Source: Eledone cirrhosa
Taxonomy: Eukaryota
Reading direction: 5' to 3'
Length of the DNA: 64,000 nt
Assembly (NCBI GenBank): GCA_964016885.1
Contig: OZ024741.1
Span: forward strand, 244,652,001-244,716,000
A program made the position numbers and the translations under genes. Shown here piece after piece: positions 25,701 through 40,095 of the stretch (its first letter is position 1; each line of letters begins with the position of its first letter). Below the pieces are notes generated by a model. It did not search any database. It had not been told where the DNA came from and saw nothing but the letters and a program-made list of their open reading frames with translations.

Positions 25701-28700
25701 CTTTTCTTGCAAATCACACTACACACAGCAAATCTGTGTCTGCACATGTACCAGTAACTACAGATCGATCCGACCACGGGCGGCCGGCCCACGATCGAAA
25801 AGGTAACTCCGCCGGCAAATCGTCATTTTTGGATTCGTTTTCTTCGAAGCACACCATTCGCCGGCGGACTTTGTTGACGTTTAACACGGTTTGGTTCCAC
25901 AGCCACAACTATTGATTTTACGGAGATATCTTGCTGGAATTCACGCCACACATACCCAATGAGTGTCTGCACATGTACCAGTAATTACAGATCGATCCGC
26001 CCACGGGTGGCCGGCCCACGATCTAAAATGTAACTCCGCCGGCAAATCCGCATTTTTGTGATTAGTTTCTTCGAAGCACACCATTTGCCGCCGGACTTGA
26101 GCTTCCTCATTTAGCATGGGCAGCTTTTCTTGAAAATCACACCACACTCAGCAAATGTGTGTCTGCACATGTACCAGTAATTACAGATCGATCGGACCAC
26201 GGGCGGCCGGCTCACGATCGAAAAGGTAACTCCGCCGGCAAATCCGCATTTTTGTGATTCGTTTCTTCGAAGCACACCATTCGCCGCCGGACTTCAGCTT
26301 CCTCATTTAGCATGGGCAGCTTTTCTTGCAAATCACACTACACACAGCAAATCTGTGTCTGCACATGTACCAGTAACTACAGATCGATCCGACCACGGGC
26401 GGCCGGCCCGCGATTGAAAAGGTAACTCCGCCAGCAAATCGTCATTTTTTTATTCGTTTTCTTCGAAGCACACCATTCGCCGGCGGACTTTGTTGACGTT
26501 TAACACGGTTTGGTTCCACAGCCACAACTATTGATTTTACGGAGATATCTTGCTGAAATTCACGCCACACATACCCAATGAGTGTCTGCACATGTACCAG
26601 TAATTACAGATCGATCCGCCCACGGGTGGCCGGCCCACGATCTAAAATGTAACTCCGCCGGCAAATCCGCATTTTTGTGATTAGTTTCTTCGAAGCACAC
26701 CATTCGCCGCCGGACTTGAGCTTCCTCATTTAGCATGGGCAGCTTTTCTTGAAAATCACACCACACTCAGCAAATGTGTGTCTGCACATGTACCAGTAAT
26801 TACAGATCGATCGGACCACGGGCGGCCGGCTCACGATCGAAAAGGTAACTCCGCCGGCAAATCCGCATTTTTGTGATTCGTTTCTTCGAAGCACACCATT
26901 CGCCGCCGGACTTCAGCTTCCTCATTTAGCATGGGCAGCTTTTCTTGCAAATCACACTACACACAGCAAATCTGTGTCTGCACATGTACCAGTAACTACA
27001 GATCGATCCGACCACGGGCGGCCGGCCCGCGATTGAAAAGGTAACTCCGCCAGCAAATCGTCATTTTTTGATTCGTTTTCTTCGAAGCACACCATTCGCC
27101 GCCGGACTTTGTTGACGTTTAACACGGTTTGGTTCCACAGCCACAACTATTGATTTTACGGTGATATCTTGCTGAAATTCACGCCACACATAGCCAATGA
27201 GTGTCTGCACATGTACCAGTAATTACAGATCGATCCGACCACGGGCGGCCGGTTTGCGATTGAAAAGGTAACTCCGCCGGCAAATCGTCATTTTTGGATT
27301 CGTTTTCTTCGAAGCACACCATTCGCCGCCGGACTTTGTTGACGTTTAACACGGTTTGGTTCCACAGCCACAACTATTGATTTTACGGAGATATCTTGCT
27401 GAAATTCACGCCACACATACCCAATGAGTGTCTGCACATGTACCAGTAATTACAGATCGATCCGCCCACGGGTGGCCGGCCCACGATCTAAAATGTAACT
27501 CCGCCGGCAAATCCGCATTTTTGTGATTAGTTTCTTCGAAGCACACCATTCGCCGCCGGACTTGAGCTTCCTCATTTAGCATGGGCAGCTTTTCTTGAAA
27601 ATCACACCACACTCAGCAAATGTGTGTCTGCACATGTACCAGTAATTACAGATCGATCGGACCACGGGCGGCCGGTTTGCGATTGAAAAGGTAACTCCGC
27701 CGGCAAATCGTCATTTTTGGATTCGTTTTCTTCGAAGCGCACCATTCGCCGCCGGACTTCAGCTTCCTTATTTAGCATGGGCAGCTTTTCTTGCAAATCA
27801 CACTACACACAGCAAATCTGTGTCTGCACATGTACCAGTAACTACAGATCGATCCGACCACGGGCGGCCGGCCCGCGATTGAAAAGGTAACTCCGCCAGC
27901 AAATCGTCATTTTTTTATTCGTTTTCTTCGAAGCACACCATTCGCCGCCGGACTTTGTTGACGTTTAACACGGTTTGGTTCCACAGCCACAACTATTGAT
28001 TTTACGGTGATATCTTGCTGAAATTCACGCCACACATAGCCAATGAGTGTCTGCACATGTACCAGTAATTACAGATCGATCGGACCACGGGCGGCCGGTT
28101 TGCGATTGAAAAGGTAACTCCGCCGGCAAATCGTCATTTTTGGATTCGTTTTCTTCGAAGCACACCATTCGCCGGCGGACTTTGTTGACGTTTAACACGG
28201 TTTGGTTCCACAGCCACAACTATTGATTTTACGGAGATATCTTGCTGAAATTCACGCCACACATAGCCAATGAGTGTCTGCACATGTACCAGTAATTACA
28301 GATCGATCCGACCACGGGTGGCCGGCCCGCGATTGAAAAGGTAACTCCGCCAGCAAATCGTCATTTTTTTATTCGTTTTCTTCGAAGCACACCATTCGCC
28401 GGCGGACTTTGTTGACGTTTAACACGGTTTGGTTCCACAGCCACAACTATTGATTTTACGGAGATATCTTGCTGAAATTCACGCCACACATACCCAATGA
28501 GTGTCTGCACATGTACCAGTAATTACAGATCGATCCGCCCACGGGTGGCCGGCCCACGATCTAAAATGTAACTCCGCCGGCAAATCCGCATTTTTGTGAT
28601 TAGTTTCTTCGAAGCACACCATTCGCCGCCGGACTTGAGCTTCCTCATTTAGCATGGGCAGCTTTTCTTGAAAATCACACCACACTCAGCAAATGTGTGT

Positions 28701-31700
28701 CTGCACATGTACCAGTAATTACAGATCGATCGGACCACGGGCGGCCGGTTTGCGATTGAAAAGGTAACTCCGCCGGCAAATCGGCATTTTTGGATTCGTT
28801 TTCTTCGAAGCACACCATTCGCCGCCGGACTTCAGCTTCCTCATTTAGCATGGGCAGCTTTTCTTGCAAATCACACTACACACAGCAAATCTGTGTCTGC
28901 ACATGTACCAGTAACTACAGATCGATCCGACCACGGGCGGCCGGCCCGCGATTGAAAAGGTAACTCCGCCAGCAAATCGTCATTTTTTTATTCGTTTTCT
29001 TCGAAGCACACCATTCGCCGGCGGACTTTGTTGACGTTTAACACGGTTTGGTTCCACAGCCACAACTATTGATTTTACGGAGATATCTTGCTGAAATTCA
29101 CGCCACACATAGCCAATGATTGTCTGCACATGTACCAGTAATTACAGATCGATCCGACCACGGGTGGCCGGCCCGCGATTGAAAAGGTAACTCCGCCAGC
29201 AAATCGTCATTTTTGGATTCGTTTTCTTCGAAGCACACCATTCGCCGGCGGACTTTGTTGACGTTTAACACGGTTTGGTTCCACAGCCACAACTATTGAT
29301 TTTACGGAGATATCTTGCTGAAATTCACGCCACACATACCCAATGAGTGTCTGCACATGTACCAGTAATTACAGATCGATCCGCCCACGGGTGGCCGGCC
29401 CACGATCTAAAATGTAACTCCGCCGGCAAATCCGCATTTTTGTGATTAGTTTCTTCGAAGCACACCATTCGCCGCCGGACTTGAGCTTCCTCATTTAGCA
29501 TGGGCAGCTTTTCTTGAAAATCACACCACACTCAGCAAATGTGTGTCTGCACATGTACCAGTAATTACAGATCGATCGGACCACGGGCGGCCGGTTTGCG
29601 ATTGAAAAGGTAACTCCGCCGGCAAATCGGCATTTTTGGATTCGTTTTCTTCGAAGCACACCATTCGCCGCCGGACTTCAGCTTCCTCATTTAGCATGGG
29701 CAGCTTTTCTTGCAAATCACACTACACACAGCAAATCTGTGTCTGCACATGTACCAGTAACTACAGATCGATCCGACCACGGGCGGCCGGCCCGCGATTG
29801 AAAAGGTAACTCCGCCAGCAAATCGTCATTTTTTGATTCGTTTTCTTCGAAGCACACCATTCGCCGCCGGACTTTGTTGACGTTTAACACGGTTTGGTTC
29901 CACAGCCACAACTATTGATTTTACGGAGATATCTTGCTGAAATTCACGCCACACATAGCCAATGATTGTCTGCACATGTACCAGTAATTACAGATCGATC
30001 CGACCACGGGTGGCCGGCCCGCGATTGAAAAGGTAACTCCGCCAGCAAATCGTCATTTTTGGATTCGTTTTCTTCGAAGCACACCATTCGCCGGCGGACT
30101 TTGTTGACGTTTAACACGGTTTGGTTCCACAGCCACAACTATTGATTTTACGGAGATATCTTGCTGAAATTCACGCCACACATACCCAATGAGTGTCTGC
30201 ACATGTACCAGTAATTACAGATCGATCCGCCCACGGGTGGCCGGCCCACGATCTAAAATGTAACTCCGCCGGCAAATCCGCATTTTTGTGATTAGTTTCT
30301 TCGAAGCACACCATTCGCCGCCGGACTTGAGCTTCCTCATTTAGCATGGGAAGCTTTTCTTGAAAATCACACCACACTCAGCAAATGTGTGTCTGCACAT
30401 GTACCAGTAATTACAGATCGATCGGACCACGGGCGGCCGGCTCACGATCGAAAAGGTAACTCCGCCGGCAAATCCGCATTTTTGTGATTCGTTTCTTCGA
30501 AGCACACCATTCGCCGCCGGACTTCAGCTTCCTCATTTAGCATGGGCAGCTTTTCTTGCAAATCACACTACACACAGCAAATCTGTGTCTGCACATGTAC
30601 CAGTAACTACAGATCGATCCGACCACGGGCGGCCGGCCCGCGATTGAAAAGGTAACTCCGCCAGCAAATCGTCATTTTTTGATTCGTTTTCTTCGAAGCA
30701 CACCATTCGCCGGCGGACTTTGTTGACGTTTAACACGGTTTGGTTCCACAGCCACAACTATTGATTTTACGGAGATATCTTGCTGAAATTCACGCCACAC
30801 ATACCCAATGAGTGTCTGCACATGTACCAGTAATTACAGATCGATCCGCCCACGGGTGGCCGGCCCACGATCTAAAATGTAACTCCGCCGGCAAATCCGC
30901 ATTTTTGTGATTAGTTTCTTCGAAGCACACCATTCGCCGCCGGACTTGAGCTTCCTCATTTAGCATGGGCAGCTTTTCTTGAAAATCACACCACACTCAG
31001 CAAATGTGTGTCTGCACATGTACCAGTAATTACAGATCGATCGGACCACGGGCGGCCGGCTCACGATCGAAAAGGTAACTCCGCCGGCAAATCCGCATTT
31101 TTGTGATTCGTTTCTTCGAAGCACACCATTCGCCGCCGGACTTCAGCTTCCTCATTTAGCATGGGCAGCTTTTCTTGCAAATCACACTACACACAGCAAA
31201 TCTGTGTCTGCACATGTACCAGTAACTACAGATCGATCCGACCACGGGCGGCCGGCCCGCGATTGAAAAGGTAACTCCGCCAGCAAATCGTCATTTTTTG
31301 ATTCGTTTTCTTCGAAGCACACCATTCGCCGCCGGACTTTGTTGACGTTTAACACGGTTTGGTTCCACAGCCACAACTATTGATTTTACGGTGATATCTT
31401 GCTGAAATTCACGCCACACATAGCCAATGAGTGTCTGCACATGTACCAGTAATTACAGATCGATCCGACCACGGGCGGCCGGTTTGCGATTGAAAAGGTA
31501 ACTCCGCCGGCAAATCGTCATTTTTGGATTCGTTTTCTTCGAAGCACACCATTCGCCGCCGGACTTTGTTGACGTTTAACACGGTTTGGTTCCACAGCCA
31601 CAACTATTGATTTTACGGAGATATCTTGCTGAAATTCACGCCACACATACCCAATGAGTGTCTGCACATGTACCAGTAATTACAGATCGATCCGCCCACG

Positions 31701-34700
31701 GGTGGCCGGCCCACGATCTAAAATGTAACTCCGCCGGCAAATCCGCATTTTTGTGATTAGTTTCTTCGAAGCACACCATTCGCCGCCGGACTTGAGCTTC
31801 CTCATTTAGCATGGGCAGCTTTTCTTGAAAATCACACCACACTCAGCAAATGTGTGTCTGCACATGTACCAGTAATTACAGATCGATCGGACCACGGGCG
31901 GCCGGTTTGCGATTGAAAAGGTAACTCCGCCGGCAAATCGTCATTTTTGGATTCGTTTTCTTCGAAGCGCACCATTCGCCGCCGGACTTCAGCTTCCTTA
32001 TTTAGCATGGGCAGCTTTTCTTGCAAATCACACTACACACAGCAAATCTGTGTCTGCACATGTACCAGTAACTACAGATCGATCCGACCACGGGCGGCCG
32101 GCCCGCGATTGAAAAGGTAACTCCGCCAGCAAATCGTCATTTTTTTATTCGTTTTCTTCGAAGCACACCATTCGCCGCCGGACTTTGTTGACGTTTAACA
32201 CGGTTTGGTTCCACAGCCACAACTATTGATTTTACGGTGATATCTTGCTGAAATTCACGCCACACATAGCCAATGAGTGTCTGCACATGTACCAGTAATT
32301 ACAGATCGATCGGACCACGGGCGGCCGGTTTGCGATTGAAAAGGTAACTCCGCCGGCAAATCGTCATTTTTGGATTCGTTTTCTTCGAAGCACACCATTC
32401 GCCGGCGGACTTTGTTGACGTTTAACACGGTTTGGTTCCACAGCCACAACTATTGATTTTACGGAGATATCTTGCTGAAATTCACGCCACACATAGCCAA
32501 TGAGTGTCTGCACATGTACCAGTAATTACAGATCGATCCGACCACGGGTGGCCGGCCCGCGATTGAAAAGGTAACTCCGCCAGCAAATCGTCATTTTTTT
32601 ATTCGTTTTCTTCGAAGCACACCATTCGCCGGCGGACTTTGTTGACGTTTAACACGGTTTGGTTCCACAGCCACAACTATTGATTTTACGGAGATATCTT
32701 GCTGAAATTCACGCCACACATACCCAATGAGTGTCTGCACATGTACCAGTAATTACAGATCGATCCGCCCACGGGTGGCCGGCCCACGATCTAAAATGTA
32801 ACTCCGCCGGCAAATCCGCATTTTTGTGATTAGTTTCTTCGAAGCACACCATTCGCCGCCGGACTTGAGCTTCCTCATTTAGCATGGGCAGCTTTTCTTG
32901 AAAATCACACCACACTCAGCAAATGTGTGTCTGCACATGTACCAGTAATTACAGATCGATCGGACCACGGGCGGCCGGTTTGCGATTGAAAAGGTAACTC
33001 CGCCGGCAAATCGGCATTTTTGGATTCGTTTTCTTCGAAGCACACCATTCGCCGCCGGACTTCAGCTTCCTCATTTAGCATGGGCAGCTTTTCTTGCAAA
33101 TCACACTACACACAGCAAATCTGTGTCTGCACATGTACCAGTAACTACAGATCGATCCGACCACGGGCGGCCGGCCCGCGATTGAAAAGGTAACTCCGCC
33201 AGCAAATCGTCATTTTTTTATTCGTTTTCTTCGAAGCACACCATTCGCCGGCGGACTTTGTTGACGTTTAACACGGTTTGGTTCCACAGCCACAACTATT
33301 GATTTTACGGAGATATCTTGCTGAAATTCACGCCACACATACCCAATGAGTGTCTGCACATGTACCAGTAATTACAGATCGATCCGCCCACGGGTGGCCG
33401 GCCCACGATCTAAAATGTAACTCCGCCGGCAAATCCGCATTTTTGTGATTAGTTTCTTCGAAGCACACCATTCGCCGCCGGACTTGAGCTTCCTCATTTA
33501 GCATGGGCAGCTTTTCTTGAAAATCACACCACACTCAGCAAATGTGCGTCTGCACATGTACCAGTAATTACAGATCGATCGGACCACGGGCGGCCGGCTC
33601 ACGATCGAAAAGGTAACTCCGCCGGCAAATCCGCATTTTTGTGATTCGTTTCTTCGAAGCACACCATTCGCCGCCGGACTTCAGCTTCCTCATTTAGCAT
33701 GGGCAGCTTTTCTTGCAAATCACACTACACACAGCAAATCTGTGTCTGCACATGTACCAGTAACTACAGATCGATCCGACCAAGGGCGGCCGGCCCGCGA
33801 TTGAAAAGGTAGCTCCGCCAGCAAATCGTCATTTTTTGATTCGTTTTCTTCGAAGCACACCATTCGCCGGCGGACTTTGTTGACGTTTAACACGGTTTGG
33901 TTCCACAGCCACAACTATTGATTTTACGGAGATATCTTGCTGAAATTCACGCCACACATAGCCAATGATTGTCTGCACATGTACCAGTAATTACAGATCG
34001 ATCCGACCACGGGTGGCCGGCCCGCGATTGAAAAGGTAACTCCGCCAGCAAATCGTCATTTTTGGATTCGTTTTCTTCGAAGCACACCATTCGCCGGCGG
34101 ACTTTGTTGACGTTTAACACGGTTTGGTTCCACAGCCACAACTATTGATTTTACGGAGATATCTTGCTGAAATTCACGCCACACATACCCAATGAGTGTC
34201 TGCACATGTACCAGTAATTACAGATCGATCCGCCCACGGGTGGCCGGCCCACGATCTAAAATGTAACTCCGCCGGCAAATCCGCATTTTTGTGATTAGTT
34301 TCTTCGAAGCACACCATTCGCCGCCGGACTTGAGCTTCCTCATTTAGCATGGGCAGCTTTTCTTGAAAATCACACCACACTCAGCAAATGTGTGTCTGCA
34401 CATGTACCAGTAATTACAGATCGATCGGACCACGGGCGGCCGGTTTGCGATTGAAAAGGTAACTCCGCCGGCAAATCGGCATTTTTGGATTCGTTTTCTT
34501 CGAAGCACACCATTCGCCGCCGGACTTCAGCTTCCTCATTTAGCATGGGCAGCTTTTCTTGCAAATCACACTACACACAGCAAATCTGTGTCTGCACATG
34601 TACCAGTAACTACAGATCGATCCGACCACGGGCGGCCGGCCCGCGATTGAAAAGGTAACTCCGCCAGCAAATCGTCATTTTTTGATTCGTTTTCTTCGAA

Positions 34701-35411
34701 GCACACCATTCGCCGCCGGACTTTGTTGACGTTTAACACGGTTTGGTTCCACAGCCACAACTATTGATTTTACGGAGATATCTTGCTGAAATTCACGCCA
34801 CACATAGCCAATGATTGTCTGCACATGTACCAGTAATTACAGATCGATCCGACCACGGGTGGCCGGCCCGCGATTGAAAAGGTAACTCCGCCAGCAAATC
34901 GTCATTTTTGGATTCGTTTTCTTCGAAGCACACCATTCGCCGGCGGACTTTGTTGACGTTTAACACGGTTTGGTTCCACAGCCACAACTATTGATTTTAC
35001 GGAGATATCTTGCTGAAATTCACGCCACACATACCCAATGAGTGTCTGCACATGTACCAGTAATTACAGATCGATCCGCCCACGGGTGGCCGGCCCACGA
35101 TCTAAAATGTAACTCCGCCGGCAAATCCGCATTTTTGTGATTAGTTTCTTCGAAGCACACCATTCGCCGCCGGACTTGAGCTTCCTCATTTAGCATGGGA
35201 AGCTTTTCTTGAAAATCACACCACACTCAGCAAATGTGTGTCTGCACATGTACCAGTAATTACAGATCGATCGGACCACGGGCGGCCGGCTCACGATCGA
35301 AAAGGTAACTCCGCCGGCAAATCCGCATTTTTGTGATTCGTTTCTTCGAAGCACACCATTCGCCGCCGGACTTCAGCTTCCTCATTTAGCATGGGCAGCT
35401 TTTCTTGCAAA

Positions 35412-38400
35412 TCACACTACACACAGCAAATCTGTGTCTGCACATGTACCAGTAACTACAGATCGATCCGACCACGGGCGGCCGGCCCGCGATTGAAAAG
35501 GTAACTCCGCCAGCAAATCGTCATTTTTTGATTCGTTTTCTTCGAAGCACACCATTCGCCGCCGGACTTTGTTGACGTTTAACACGGTTTGGTTCCACAG
35601 CCACAACTATTGATTTTACGGAGATATCTTGCTGAAATTCACGCCACACATAGCCAATGATTGTCTGCACATGTACCAGTAATTACAGATCGATCCGACC
35701 ACGGGTGGCCGGCCCGCGATTGAAAAGGTAACTCCGCCAGCAAATCGTCATTTTTGGATTCGTTTTCTTCGAAGCACACCATTCGCCGGCGGACTTTGTT
35801 GACGTTTAACACGGTTTGGTTCCACAGCCACAACTATTGATTTTACGGAGATATCTTGCTGAAATTCACGCCACACATACCCAATGAGTGTCTGCACATG
35901 TACCAGTAATTACAGATCGATCCGCCCACGGGTGGCCGGCCCACGATCTAAAATGTAACTCCGCCGGCAAATCCGCATTTTTGTGATTAGTTTCTTCGAA
36001 GCACACCATTCGCCGCCGGACTTGAGCTTCCTCATTTAGCATGGGCAGCTTTTCTTGAAAATCACACCACACTCAGCAAATGTGTGTCTGCACATGTACC
36101 AGTAATTACAGATCGATCGGACCACGGGCGGCCGGTTTGCGATTGAAAAGGTAACTCCGCCGGCAAATCGTCATTTTTGGATTCGTTTTCTTCGAAGCGC
36201 ACCATTCGCCGCCGGACTTCAGCTTCCTTATTTAGCATGGGCAGCTTTTCTTGCAAATCACACTACACACAGCAAATCTGTGTCTGCACATGTACCAGTA
36301 ACTACAGATCGATCCGACCACGGGCGGCCGGCCCGCGATTGAAAAGGTAACTCCGCCAGCAAATCGTCATTTTTTTATTCGTTTTCTTCGAAGCACACCA
36401 TTCGCCGCCGGACTTTGTTGACGTTTAACACGGTTTGGTTCCACAGCCACAACTATTGATTTTACGGTGATATCTTGCTGAAATTCACGCCACACATAGC
36501 CAATGAGTGTCTGCACATGTACCAGTAATTACAGATCGATCGGACCACGGGCGGCCGGTTTGCGATTGAAAAGGTAACTCCGCCGGCAAATCGTCATTTT
36601 TGGATTCGTTTTCTTCGAAGCACACCATTCGCCGGCGGACTTTGTTGACGTTTAACACGGTTTGGTTCCACAGCCACAACTATTGATTTTACGGAGATAT
36701 CTTGCTGAAATTCACGCCACACATAGCCAATGAGTGTCTGCACATGTACCAGTAATTACAGATCGATCCGACCACGGGTGGCCGGCCCGCGATTGAAAAG
36801 GTAACTCCGCCAGCAAATCGTCATTTTTGGATTCGTTTTCTTCGAAGCACACCATTCGCCGGCGGACTTTGTTGACGTTTAACACGGTTTGGTTCCACAG
36901 CCACAACTATTGATTTTACGGAGATATCTTGCTGAAATTCACGCCACACATACCCAATGAGTGTCTGCACATGTACCAGTAATTACAGATCGATCCGCCC
37001 ACGGGTGGCCGGCCCACGATCTAAAATGTAACTCCGCCGGCAAATCCGCATTTTTGTGATTAGTTTCTTCGAAGCACACCATTCGCCGCCGGACTTGAGC
37101 TTCCTCATTTAGCATGGGCAGCTTTTCTTGAAAATCACACCACACTCAGCAAATGTGTGTCTGCACATGTACCAGTAATTACAGATCGATCGGACCACGG
37201 GCGGCCGGTTTGCGATTGAAAAGGTAACTCCGCCGGCAAATCGTCATTTTTGGATTCGTTTTCTTCGAAGCGCACCATTCGCCGCCGGACTTCAGCTTCC
37301 TTATTTAGCATGGGCAGCTTTTCTTGCAAATCACACTACACACAGCAAATCTGTGTCTGCACATGTACCAGTAACTACAGATCGATCCGACCACGGGCGG
37401 CCGGCCCGCGATTGAAAAGGTAACTCCGCCAGCAAATCGTCATTTTTTTATTCGTTTTCTTCGAAGCACACCATTCGCCGCCGGACTTTGTTGACGTTTA
37501 ACACGGTTTGGTTCCACAGCCACAACTATTGATTTTACGGAGATATCTTGCTGAAATTCACGCCACACATAGCCAATGATTGTCTGCACATGTACCAGTA
37601 ATTACAGATCGATACGACCACGGGTGGCCGGCCCGCGATTGAAAAGGTAACTCCGCCAGCAAATCGTCATTTTTGGATTCGTTTTCTTCGAAGCACACCA
37701 TTCGCCGGCGGACTTTGTTGACGTTTAACACGGTTTGGTTCCACAGCCACAACTATTGATTTTACGGAGATATCTTGCTGAAATTCACGCCACACATACC
37801 CAATGAGTGTCTGCACATGTACCAGTAATTACAGATCGATCCGCCCACGGGTGGCCGGCCCACGATCTAAAATGTAACTCCGCCGGCAAATCCGCATTTT
37901 TGTGATTAGTTTCTTCGAAGCACACCATTCGCCGCCGGACTTGAGCTTCCTCATTTAGCATGGGCAGCTTTTCTTGAAAATCACACCACACTCAGCAAAT
38001 GTGTGTCTGCACATGTACCAGTAATTACAGATCGATCGGACCACGGGCGGCCGGTTTGCGATTGAAAAGGTAACTCCGCCGGCAAATCGTCATTTTTGGA
38101 TTCGTTTTCTTCGAAGCACACCATTCGCCGCCGGACTTCAGCTTCCTCATTTAGCATGGGCAGCTTTTCTTGCAAATCACACTACACACAGCAAATCTGT
38201 GTCTGCACATGTACCAGTAACTACAGATCGATCCGACCACGGGCGGCCGGCCCACGATCGAAAAGGTAACTCCGCCGGCAAATCGTCATTTTTGGATTCG
38301 TTTTCTTCGAAGCACACCATTCGCCGGCGGACTTTGTTGACGTTTAACACGGTTTGGTTCCACAGCCACAACTATTGATTTTACGGAGATATCTTGCTGG

Positions 38401-39868
38401 AATTCACGCCACACATACCCAATGAGTGTCTGCACATGTACCAGTAATTACAGATCGATCCGCCCACGGGTGGCCGGCCCACGATCTAAAATGTAACTCC
38501 GCCGGCAAATCCGCATTTTTGTGATTAGTTTCTTCGAAGCACACCATTTGCCGCCGGACTTGAGCTTCCTCATTTAGCATGGGCAGCTTTTCTTGAAAAT
38601 CACACCACACTCAGCAAATGTGTGTCTGCACATGTACCAGTAATTACAGATCGATCGGACCACGGGCGGCCGGCTCACGATCGAAAAGGTAACTCCGCCG
38701 GCAAATCCGCATTTTTGTGATTCGTTTCTTCGAAGCACACCATTCGCCGCCGGACTTCAGCTTCCTCATTTAGCATGGGCAGCTTTTCTTGCAAATCACA
38801 CTACACACAGCAAATCTGTGTCTGCACATGTACCAGTAACTACAGATCGATCCGACCACGGGCGGCCGGCCCGCGATTGAAAAGGTAACTCCGCCAGCAA
38901 ATCGTCATTTTTTTATTCGTTTTCTTCGAAGCACACCATTCGCCGGCGGACTTTGTTGACGTTTAACACGGTTTGGTTCCACAGCCACAACTATTGATTT
39001 TACGGAGATATCTTGCTGAAATTCACGCCACACATACCCAATGAGTGTCTGCACATGTACCAGTAATTACAGATCGATCCGCCCACGGGTGGCCGGCCCA
39101 CGATCTAAAATGTAACTCCGCCGGCAAATCCGCATTTTTGTGATTAGTTTCTTCGAAGCACACCATTCGCCGCCGGACTTGAGCTTCCTCATTTAGCATG
39201 GGCAGCTTTTCTTGAAAATCACACCACACTCAGCAAATGTGTGTCTGCACATGTACCAGTAATTACAGATCGATCGGACCACGGGCGGCCGGCTCACGAT
39301 CGAAAAGGTAACTCCGCCGGCAAATCCGCATTTTTGTGATTCGTTTCTTCGAAGCACACCATTCGCCGCCGGACTTCAGCTTCCTCATTTAGCATGGGCA
39401 GCTTTTCTTGCAAATCACACTACACACAGCAAATCTGTGTCTGCACATGTACCAGTAACTACAGATCGATCCGACCACGGGCGGCCGGCCCGCGATTGAA
39501 AAGGTAACTCCGCCAGCAAATCGTCATTTTTTGATTCGTTTTCTTCGAAGCACACCATTCGCCGCCGGACTTTGTTGACGTTTAACACGGTTTGGTTCCA
39601 CAGCCACAACTATTGATTTTACGGTGATATCTTGCTGAAATTCACGCCACACATAGCCAATGAGTGTCTGCACATGTACCAGTAATTACAGATCGATCCG
39701 ACCACGGGCGGCCGGTTTGCGATTGAAAAGGTAACTCCGCCGGCAAATCGTCATTTTTGGATTCGTTTTCTTCGAAGCACACCATTCGCCGGCGGACTTT
39801 GTTGACGTTTAACACGGTTTGGTTCCACAGCCACAACTATTGATTTTACGGAGATATCTTGCTGAAAT
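35412..39868 (+). repeat. Approximately 4.5-kb duplication of 22949-27405 (offset 12463)
   Basis: Identical monomer order; shared private CCATTTGCC A monomer (25941/38404), isolated C' (25714/38177), and D variant (24249/36712). Confidence 0.85.
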
Positions 39869-40095
39869 TCACGCCACACATAGCCAATGATTGTCTGCAC
39901 ATGTACCAGTAATTACAGATCGATCCGACCACGGGTGGCCGGCCCGCGATTGAAAAGGTAACTCCGCCAGCAAATCGTCATTTTTGGATTCGTTTTCTTC
40001 GAAGCACACCATTCGCCGGCGGACTTTGTTGACGTTTAACACGGTTTGGTTCCACAGCCACAACTATTGATTTTACGGAGATATCTTGCTGAAAT
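39023..40095 (+). repeat. 1073-bp HOR (A-B-C-E-D), representative copy
   Basis: A-to-A spacing of 1073 at 39023/40096/41169/42242, 47287/48360/49433/50506 and 55159/56232/57305/58378. Confidence 0.93.

Noticed and set aside
18123-37614. Singleton substitutions (e.g. near 18123, 19300-19301, 21738, 24046, 37614)
   Set aside because: Isolated changes indistinguishable from sequencing error or neutral mutation.
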